This document shows, in pieces, positions 1-11,751 of a DNA stretch of 20,930 nucleotides. Below the pieces are notes generated by a model. It saw only the letters and a program-made list of their open reading frames with translations, was not told the DNA's origin and did not search any database. A program made the position numbers and the translations under genes. Source of the stretch: Myxococcales bacterium (GTDB lineage: Bacteria; Myxococcota_A; UBA9042; JABWCM01; BTVJ01). Position 1 is the stretch's first letter. Each line of letters opens with the position of its first letter. The stretch is from positions 1 to 20,930 of the forward strand of contig BTVJ01000114.1 of the NCBI GenBank assembly GCA_045863395.1, in the 5' to 3' direction.

Positions 1-75
1 CCGAAGCGCGGTATGTCGCAACGCCACCATTCCGTCGCGGTTAGGGACCGAACTACGCTTTCAGCGGCGCCCCTC

Positions 76-450
76 GCAGTACAAGCCAGCGCTGGATTGG
101 TGCTTGCTGCGCGAGGAGCCGCGAGAATGCGCCTTCCCGGGCGGATGTGGCTGCTCTGCGTTCTTGCCAAGGGCTGCGAAGCTGCAGTGCAAACCTGCGG
201 GGGCGCTCCGACTGGTCCTCCTGTGGCGGTATAAGCCGAGGCCGAGGAGGGATGTGCTGCCAGGCTGCAGTGTAAGCGGCTGGGTCCAGCGGTTATGGCT
301 GCAGGGCTCTGGAGCTGTACCTCGCACTTGGGGTCGCGCTCGTGGAGTCCTGCTGCTCGCGGCGCAGGTGTACCCGGCTCCTTGCAGTACATCCCGTCGA
401 TTGTGGGTGGTTGTACTGCGGGCAGGCAGTAGTTGTAGCGGATGTGCTGC
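76..450. repeat. Degenerate array of ~35-bp palindromic units (left arm GCRGTRYAWSC, right arm GGWTRT(R)CTGC)
   Basis: Left arms gcagtacaagcc (76-87), gcagtgcaaacc (184-195), gcggtataagcc (226-237), gcagtgtaagc (267-277), gcagtacatcc (384-394). Right arms ggatgtggctgc (143-154), ggatgtgctgc (250-260 and 440-450), ggttatggctgc (291-302), ggttgtactgc (409-419). Adjacent units start 41-42 bp apart (184/226/267; 384/426). Confidence 0.4.
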
Positions 451-1578
451 GGCGTGGCCGGCGTGAGCTGCGAGGTTCGCTTGTCTCTGCGAGCTTGGGG
501 CCGGGGCTCAGCGGGTGCGGTGCCAGGGGTGGCATGGACTCTGACTTGCGTCCATGTTCCCCATGGGGTGCTCTCAGTACTTCGCGCCCACGCTGCGTGG
601 TGTCTCTCATGGCGTACGGTCCCTGATCGCGTTGAACCATGAGCCGTGACTGCGGAGGAGCGCTGGCGGTGCCCTCCACGAGTGCCCGAGGCTTGCTGGG
701 TCAAGGACAAGCGAACGAGGGCGCCTTGGGCTTGAGGGAGCGCGTTCAAGAGAGGTGGCCTGGGCGCTGCGGGGGATGGCGAGCAGAGGAGACCGCAAGC
801 GGTGGGATTCTCGGCGGGGATGTGGAGCCTGGCTTCTATTGCTATCGGTCCTGTGGTGCCGGGGGCTCGACAAGCTGGCTCTGGGTCTACGCCGTCCGTC
901 GCGCGGGGAGGGTAAACGGGGCCCGTAGGCTTCTCGCATCTGCGCTGCTGGGCCAGTGCCTCGTGATGTGTGAGCTTCGGGTCAACAGAGCCTGCGTCTT
1001 GCCACTCGCTTCGCCAGGATGGTGATGGGAGTTGCCGCAAAGGGGCTTCAACGGGCCTCGCATCGTGGGGATTGTCGGGGGCTTGCGCTCCTCTTGGGCC
1101 AGGGTCGTGCGGGGAGGCATGGGGCTGGCGGGCGCGGCTCCGGCTGGACACTACACCGGATCGATGCAGATCTGTCGCGGGGGACCACGGCGTGTTCCCG
1201 GCTGAGACGCTGCTCTTTGTGGGCTGCTTCCGCACGTTGAGTTGCTCTGGCGGGTGGCGTTGTCCTGGCCCGCTGGGCCGGTTGCTGTTCGTGCGCCGAG
1301 CTGATCGACCTCGCGATAGTAGGGTTCCTCGCGCGGGTCTGTCTAGTGGAAAGTTTTCGGTGAGGGGCCTGTGCGGCCCCCTGGGGTAGGGCGTGAAGGC
1401 CCTGTCCAGGGCGGGCATGCTGCGGTGGGATGCAACCTCCTCCGTCGCAGGGTGAGGACGTTATCCGGTGAGGCTGTCCTGCATGACTCGGGGGAGGAAG
1501 ACGGCGCCGGGGAGGATGGCCGCGTGAGAGGCGGCGGGGGAGGGCGGGGGAGGGTGGTCAGTCGGTCCCGGGAGCTTT

Positions 1579-1608
1579 GGCGGGCGGCTGACTCTCCAGC
1601 CGCCCGCC
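1579..1608 (-). terminator. GC-rich hairpin 3' of the giant gene (terminator or 3'-stabilising stem; no U-tract)
   Basis: Perfect 12-bp stem ggcgggcggctg / cagccgcccgcc with a 6-nt loop, 16 nt past the stop codon at 1625. The minus-strand transcript continues into a C-rich tract rather than poly-U. Confidence 0.55.
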
Positions 1609-1624
1609 GCGGCACACGGTACGG

Positions 1625-6694
<5,070 letters not shown>

Positions 6695-6739
6695 GCACGG
6701 CTCCCTTTTTTTGGTGGTGGACTCCCGGACCTGCGGTAG

Positions 6740-6755
6740 AGCATCCACCGTGCCA
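6740..6755 (-). promoter_or_regulatory. sigma54 (-24/-12) promoter for the giant secreted protein gene
   Basis: Minus strand TGGCACGGTGGATGCT vs consensus TGGCACG-N4-TTGCW: one mismatch, exact GG-N10-GC spacing. Predicted start near 6729, ~35 nt before ATG 6694. Confidence 0.75.
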
Positions 6756-6770
6756 TGCGGCACTTCCGCG

Positions 6771-6783
6771 CAACTCCTTGACC
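6771..6783 (-). promoter_or_regulatory. Possible IHF site
   Basis: Minus strand GGTCAAGGAGTTG matches the TCAA-N4-TTR core of WATCAANNNNTTR (first two bases mismatch). It sits between the -24 box and the putative enhancer, where IHF sites usually lie in sigma54 promoters. Confidence 0.35.
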
Positions 6784-6874
6784 ACAATGATCTCGCACCG
6801 GCTCCGACGGATATGCCCGGTGGGTGTCGTGTGACCCGGGGGTGGGTGGGTGACTCAGGGGGGCGCAGCATCGC

Positions 6875-6922
6875 GGGCGGGCACTGCAGGAGCTGCAGGT
6901 CCCGCCCCTGCAAGATCTGCAT
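6875..6922. promoter_or_regulatory. Candidate upstream activator sequences (bEBP sites): tandem TGCA-N5-TGCA palindromes
   Basis: CTGCAGGAGCTGCAG (6884-6898) and CTGCAAGATCTGCAT (6908-6922), 24 bp apart. The first lies inside a 33-bp inverted repeat (6875-6907, 13/15 arm match). They are ~85-110 bp from the rightward and ~160-190 bp from the leftward predicted start. Confidence 0.5.
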
Positions 6923-6973
6923 GAGCGTCACTTGCTGTTCGCAGAACATTCAGAATTTACTATGCTTTTGTCC

Positions 6974-6989
6974 TGGCACGCCCGGTGCA
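6974..6989 (+). promoter_or_regulatory. sigma54 (-24/-12) promoter for the PqqD/ATP-grasp operon
   Basis: TGGCACGCCCGGTGCA vs TGGCACG-N4-TTGCW: one mismatch, correct spacing. Preceded by an AT-rich patch (6945-6970). Predicted start near 7000, just before RBS AGGAGG at 7012-7017. Confidence 0.75.
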
Positions 6990-7024
6990 AACCACATCGA
7001 CAGGACCTTCCAGGAGGTGAACCC

Positions 7025-7273
7025 GTGCTCGAACACCTGGCCATCAGCGAGAGTGGCTTCCTCTTCGACGCCCGCACCGGGCACACGTACACCCTGAGCC
7101 GCACCGGGGTCTTCCTCGTGCGCGCCCTCGTCTCCGGCGCCTCCACTTCAGAGCTGCCCGGCCGCCTCGCCGCGGACTACGACGTGGAGCCGCCCATCGC
7201 GGCCCGCGACGTGGAGCAGTTCCTGATGCGCATGCGCGACCTCGGCCTGCTGGACACGGAGGACGAGCCATGA
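7025..7273 (+). CDS. PqqD-family / RiPP recognition element (RRE) stand-alone protein, 82 aa
   Basis: GTG start 7 nt after AGGAGG. Sequence GFLFDARTGHTYTLSRTGVFLVRAL...LAADYDVEPPIAARDVEQFLMRMRDLGLL shows the three-strand/three-helix PqqD pattern (YxLxxxG, Y-D-V, D-V-xx-F-L-xx-L-xxx-G-L-L). Confidence 0.88.
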   Translation: MLEHLAISESGFLFDARTGHTYTLSRTGVFLVRALVSGASTSELPGRLAADYDVEPPIAARDVEQFLMRMRDLGLLDTEDEP

Positions 7274-8328
7274 GCCTGACCATCGCCGTCACCGGCCTGA
7301 ACGCCAGCGACAGCCCCGGCCCCGGGGTGCCCGTGATCCGCGCCATCCGCCATGCGGCCAACGGCGAGGTCCGTGTCGTGGGCCTCGCCTACGACCCGCT
7401 CGACCCCGGCGCCTTCATGTCGGGCATCTGCGACGACGTCTACCTGATGCCGTACCCCTCGCAGGGCGCCGACACCCTCCTCGCCCGGCTGCGCGCCATC
7501 CACGAGATCACGCCGCTGGACGTTCTGATCCCCACGCTGGACGCCGAGCTGTCCGCCTGCATCAAGATCGAGCCCGCCCTCCGCCAGCTCGGCATCCGCA
7601 TGGTGCTGCCCGGCGAGGAGCGCCTGCGCCTGCGCGCCAAGGATCGCTTCGGCGAGCTGGGCGAGGCCATCGGGCTCAGCGTCCCGAAGAGCGTGACCCT
7701 GACGGACGCCTCCACCATCCCCAGCCTCGACAAGGACTTCACCTACCCGGTCATGGTGAAGGGGCAGTTCTACGACGCGTGGATCGCGTGGACTCCCATG
7801 GACGTCCACGCCCACTTCGAGCGCGTGCGGGCCAAGTGGGGGCTGCCGGTCATCGTGCAGCAGCACGTCTCCGGCGAGGAGCTGGACGTGGTGTGCCTGG
7901 GCGACGGCGAGGGCGGCCTCGTCGGGTGGGTGCCCATGCGCAAGATGCAGCTCACGGACAAGGGCAAGGCCTGGGGCGGCGTGACCATCGCCGACCGCAA
8001 GCTGACGGCCTTCGTCCAGGACACGATGCGGCGGCTCAAGTGGCTCGGGCCCTGCGAGCTGGAGATGATGAAGACTCCAGATGGGGCCTTCACCCTCATC
8101 GAGATCAACCCCAGGTTCCCGGCGTGGGTGTGGCTCAGCGTCGGCGCGGGCCGCAACCTGCCGTGGGCGCTCGTCCAGATGGCGCTCGGCCACCCGGTGG
8201 ACCCCATGCCGCCCGCCCCCCCGGGCGTCATGTTCCTGCGCCACTCCTTCGACCAGATCTGCACCCTGTCGGACTACGCCGCGCTCACAACCGCCGGCGA
8301 GCTCCACCGCGAGGAGGCACCCCGATGA
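7270..8328 (+). CDS. ATP-grasp ligase (carbamoyl-phosphate-synthase/biotin-carboxylase-like fold), 352 aa
   Basis: ATGA overlap with the upstream stop. Motifs DVLIPTLDAEL, YPVMVKG, PVIVQQHVSGEE, WLGPCELEMM and LIEINPRF (ExNPR metal/phosphate motif). Confidence 0.88.
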   Translation: MSLTIAVTGLNASDSPGPGVPVIRAIRHAANGEVRVVGLAYDPLDPGAFMSGICDDVYLMPYPSQGADTLLARLRAIHEITPLDVLIPTLDAELSACIKIEPALRQLGIRMVLPGEERLRLRAKDRFGELGEAIGLSVPKSVTLTDASTIPSLDKDFTYPVMVKGQFYDAWIAWTPMDVHAHFERVRAKWGLPVIVQQHVSGEELDVVCLGDGEGGLVGWVPMRKMQLTDKGKAWGGVTIADRKLTAFVQDTMRRLKWLGPCELEMMKTPDGAFTLIEINPRFPAWVWLSVGAGRNLPWALVQMALGHPVDPMPPAPPGVMFLRHSFDQICTLSDYAALTTAGELHREEAPR

Positions 8329-9668
8329 AGCAGCCCTACGAGAAGCCGACCATCCTGCGCCATGTGGGCGGGCTCGCAAACAAGCACGGCCGCGGCCCGA
8401 GCCGCCGCTCCATGGGGCGCATCGACGGGGTGCGCGTCGAGGAGCTGGTCGCCCGCTACGGGAGCCCACTGTACGTGTTCAGCGAGCACACGCTGCGCCG
8501 CGCCTACCGCGAGCTTCACCGCGCGTTCTCGCTGCGCTACCCCAAGGTGCAGCTCGCGTGGTCGTACAAGACCAACTATCTGGACGCCATCTGCCGCGTG
8601 TTCCACCAGGAGGGCGCCTGGGCCGAGGTCGTCAGCGAGATGGAGTACGACATGGCCCGCCGCCTGGGCGTGCCGGGGCACCAGATCCTGTTCAACGGCC
8701 CGTACAAGCCGCAGGCGGCGCTGAAGACCGCCATCGACGAGGGCGCGCACCTGCACATCGACCACTGGGACGAGCTGTGGGCCATCGAGCGCATCGCGCG
8801 CGAGTCCGGCCGCCCCGTCCCGGTGACCATGCGCGTCAACATGGACACGGGCATCTACCCGCGGTGGGACCGCTTCGGGTTCAACCTGGACAGCGGCGAG
8901 GCCCTGGACGCCATCCGGCGGATGCACGCCGGGGGGCACCTCACCCTCGACGGCCTGCACGCGCACATCGGCACCTACATCGCGTCCACGGAGGCCTATG
9001 GCAAGGCTGCGAGCCGCCTGGCGGACCTCGCCCTGACCGCGCGCCGGGAGCTGGGCGTCCGGGTCCGCAGCATCGACCTCGGCGGAGGGTTCGCGTCGAC
9101 GGCCACCCTGCACGCCCAGTATGCGCCGGGCGCCGACTCGTCCCCTGCCGTCGACCTCTACGCCGAGGCCATCTCCAACGCGCTCCTCGGGGCCGGCTTC
9201 GCCCCGGAGGACCTGCCGACCCTGATGCTGGAGACCGGCCGCGCGCTCATCGACGAGGCCGGCTCCCTGATCACGTCCGTGGTCGGCAACAAGCGCCTGG
9301 CCAACGGGACGCGGTCCATCATCGTGGATGCGGGGGTCAATGTGCTGTTCACGTCCTTCTGGTATCGCCACGAGCTGCTCCCCGCCCATGACCGGGGAGG
9401 GCTCCTCGAGGAGACCGTCGTCTACGGGCCCCTGTGCATGAACATCGACGTGGTGCACCCCTCGACCCTGCTGCCCCCCCTCGACCCCGGCGATCTGCTC
9501 GTCGTGCGGCCCGTCGGGGCGTACAACATCACCCAGAGCATGCAGTTCATCAGGCTGCGGCCGGCGGTGGTGATGGTGGGCGAGGGCCAGCAGGTGGATC
9601 TGCTCCGCGACGTGGAGACCGTCAACGATGTCAAGCGCAACGAGCATGTCCCTGAGCGCCTCCGCTGA
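8325..9668 (+). CDS. Fold-type III PLP-dependent decarboxylase (Orn/DAP/Arg decarboxylase family, LysA-like), 447 aa
   Basis: True start is ATG 8325 (GAGGAGG RBS, ATGA overlap). Motifs SYKTN (PLP Lys), FNGPYK, MRVN, RFG, GLHAHIGT, IDLGGGF, ETGR, VDAG, GPLC, GAY. Confidence 0.9.
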   Translation: MKQPYEKPTILRHVGGLANKHGRGPSRRSMGRIDGVRVEELVARYGSPLYVFSEHTLRRAYRELHRAFSLRYPKVQLAWSYKTNYLDAICRVFHQEGAWAEVVSEMEYDMARRLGVPGHQILFNGPYKPQAALKTAIDEGAHLHIDHWDELWAIERIARESGRPVPVTMRVNMDTGIYPRWDRFGFNLDSGEALDAIRRMHAGGHLTLDGLHAHIGTYIASTEAYGKAASRLADLALTARRELGVRVRSIDLGGGFASTATLHAQYAPGADSSPAVDLYAEAISNALLGAGFAPEDLPTLMLETGRALIDEAGSLITSVVGNKRLANGTRSIIVDAGVNVLFTSFWYRHELLPAHDRGGLLEETVVYGPLCMNIDVVHPSTLLPPLDPGDLLVVRPVGAYNITQSMQFIRLRPAVVMVGEGQQVDLLRDVETVNDVKRNEHVPERLR

Positions 9669-11751
9669 CGCCCGCGGGTGGGTCGCAGCCGGCCTGCGCC
9701 AGGTGCTGGAGGCCTACGCGCAGGTGCTCTTCGGGCGCAGCCTGCTCGCGGGGCTCCTCTTCGCGGCGGCAACCTTCGTGGTCCCGGAGCACGGCCTGGC
9801 GGGGCTCCTCGGGCTGCTGGCGACCAACGGGTGGGCGCGGGCGCTGGGTCGCCCAGACGCCCACATCCGAGAAGGGTACTACGGCTACAACGGGCTCCTC
9901 GTGGGCCTCGCGCTCGGCAACCTGTTCCGTCTGACGCTGCCCTTCGCGGTGCTCCTCGTCGCCGTGAGCCTGCTGACCGTGGCGGTCGCCGCGGCGCTGC
10001 GCAACGTGAGCGAGCGCCTGATCGGCGTGCCCGTCCTGTCGCTGCCCTTCGTGCTCGCCACGTGGGCGGCGCTCCTCGCCGCCCGGCGCTTCGGCGCCGT
10101 TGAGATCGCCATCGACCCGGTGCTGGCCGGTGTCCCGCTGGGCGTCGCGGCACCCATCGTCGAGACCTTCCTGCGGTCGCTCGGGGCGGTGTTCTTTCAG
10201 CTCGGTGTGCCGTCCGGCGTCCTGGTCCTGGCGGGGCTCCTCGTCCAGTCCAGGTGGGCGGTCATCCTCGCGATCCTGGGCTTCGCGGCGGGCGCGGCAG
10301 TCTACCAGGGCCTGGGCGGCGCGGACGCGGACATCTCGGCCTCCCTCATCGGCTTCAACTTCATCCTCGCGGCCATCGCGCTCGGCGGCGTGTTCGTGGT
10401 GCTGGGGCCGGCCTCCCTCGGCCTGGGCGCGGCCGCCGGGGTGCTCGCCGCCGTCCTGTCCGCGGCGACCATGGCGGCGCTGGCCCCCCTGAACCTGCCG
10501 GTGCTCGCGTTCCCCTTCGTCATCACGACCCAGGCGCTGATCTTCGCGCTTGCGCTGCGGGTCAATGGCGGACGGCCCCGCCTCGTGGAAGGTCCCCCCG
10601 CGACCCCCGAGGTGAACCTCGCGCGGGCCGTGTTCCGGGCGCGGCGCTACCCGGACCCGTCCGTGCCCGTGCTCCACCTGCCGGTGGTGGGGCGGTGGAA
10701 GGTCACGCAGGGCGTCGCCGGCGCCTTGACCCACCAGGGGCTGTGGGCCCACGCCTGGGACTTCGAGGTGGCCGGCGAGGACGGCTCCACCCACCGGGGG
10801 GACGGGGCGCGCCGCGAGGACTGGCTCGCCTGGGGGATGCCGGTATTCGCGCCGGCCGACGGGCGGGTGGTGCGGGTGGTCAACCACCAGGAGGACAACC
10901 CGGTGGGGGAGGTGGATGTCGCGAGCAACTGGGGCAACCTCGTGATCCTGTGGCACTGGGGGGACGTCTACTCCGCCGTCTGCCACCTGCAGAAGGGGTC
11001 GGTGGCCATCCGGGAGGGGGAGGTCGTGGCGCGCGGGCAGCTCCTGGGGCGCGTGGGCAGCTCGGGGCGGTCGCCGGTCCCCCACCTGCACTTCCAGGTT
11101 CAAGGGTCGCCGGAGGTCGGAGCCCCCACCCGCCGGGCGGAGCTGCTGCACTACGTCGAGGACGGGCGCTGGGTGGCCCACGGCGTGCCACGCGAGGGCG
11201 ATCTGGTGGCTCCGCTGGCCGTCGATGAGGTGGCACGGCGGGCCGTGTCCCTGGCCCCCGGGGTGGAGCTGGTGTGGGACGTGCGGTGGGGCAGCCAGGT
11301 ACGCCAGGAGCGGTGGCAGAGCACCATCGACGCGCTCGGCGGGCGGGAGCTGTCCACCGATGGGGCGCGGGCGCGCCTGTGGGTGGATCAGAGCTACACG
11401 ACGGTGCTGGACTACGAGGGCAGCGGTGACACCCTCCTCGCGGTCTTTGCCCTCGGGGCGGCGCGGGTCCCCCATTCCCTCGCGGGGCGGTGGACCGATA
11501 CGCCTCCGGTGGCGCCGTGGCTCTCCGCGCCGATGCGCCTCGCGCAGGAGCTGCTCCTGCCCTTCGCGGAGGTGGGGGCCGCGCGGACGACCAGCACCCT
11601 TACGGCGGGTGATGGGCTGCGGGTCGTGACCGAGGTGGCAGGTGGCGCGGGGGCGCCGACGCGCGTAGAGATCCGCTGGGTGGACGGCCCCGAGGAGCTG
11701 CGGGCCTGGAAAGGCGACACCCTCCTGGTGGAGGCGAGGAGGCGGCGATGA
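9646..11751 (+). CDS. Urea transporter (UT) domain fused to M23 metallopeptidase and a C-terminal domain of unknown function (~701 aa)
   Basis: UT signatures YAQVLF, GYYGYNGLLVG, PVLSLPF and, in the second repeat, SLGAVFFQ, GFNFIL, PVLAFPF within ~10 hydrophobic helices. M23 motifs VTQG..TH....HAWDF, PVFAPADGRV, WGNLVILWH, CHLQKGS, GxVGSSGRSPVPHLHFQ. Start could alternatively be ATG 9628; the gene overlaps the upstream stop. Confidence 0.88.
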   Translation: MSLSASADARGWVAAGLRQVLEAYAQVLFGRSLLAGLLFAAATFVVPEHGLAGLLGLLATNGWARALGRPDAHIREGYYGYNGLLVGLALGNLFRLTLPFAVLLVAVSLLTVAVAAALRNVSERLIGVPVLSLPFVLATWAALLAARRFGAVEIAIDPVLAGVPLGVAAPIVETFLRSLGAVFFQLGVPSGVLVLAGLLVQSRWAVILAILGFAAGAAVYQGLGGADADISASLIGFNFILAAIALGGVFVVLGPASLGLGAAAGVLAAVLSAATMAALAPLNLPVLAFPFVITTQALIFALALRVNGGRPRLVEGPPATPEVNLARAVFRARRYPDPSVPVLHLPVVGRWKVTQGVAGALTHQGLWAHAWDFEVAGEDGSTHRGDGARREDWLAWGMPVFAPADGRVVRVVNHQEDNPVGEVDVASNWGNLVILWHWGDVYSAVCHLQKGSVAIREGEVVARGQLLGRVGSSGRSPVPHLHFQVQGSPEVGAPTRRAELLHYVEDGRWVAHGVPREGDLVAPLAVDEVARRAVSLAPGVELVWDVRWGSQVRQERWQSTIDALGGRELSTDGARARLWVDQSYTTVLDYEGSGDTLLAVFALGAARVPHSLAGRWTDTPPVAPWLSAPMRLAQELLLPFAEVGAARTTSTLTAGDGLRVVTEVAGGAGAPTRVEIRWVDGPEELRAWKGDTLLVEARRRR

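Noticed and set aside
1..30. Possible minus-strand gene start at ATG 30 (MVALRHTALR...) running off the window
   Set aside because: Only 10 codons are visible and the RBS is weak; it cannot be supported.
6936..6948. TGTTC-N3-GAACA palindrome as a LexA box
   Set aside because: Orientation and spacing do not match the LexA boxes I know; it is a single short palindrome and could be chance.
6695..6949. 85-aa N-terminal extension of the giant ORF and 31-aa extension of PqqD in the ORF track
   Set aside because: They run across the promoters; RBS and signal-peptide/domain boundaries point to starts at 6694 and 7025.
7025..7273. PQQ biosynthesis or lasso-peptide cluster
   Set aside because: No pqqA/B/C/E, radical SAM, lasso cyclase or B2 protease in the window, and no credible precursor ORF.
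7779..8324. 182-aa N-terminal extension of the decarboxylase ORF
   Set aside because: Overlaps the ATP-grasp gene out of frame and is Arg/Ala/Gly-rich noise; the real start is 8325.
7270..9668. Housekeeping carB / accC / lysA assignments
   Set aside because: The ATP-grasp is a single 352-aa module without CarB duplication or a biotin-carrier partner; the decarboxylase lacks the Cys-Glu motif.
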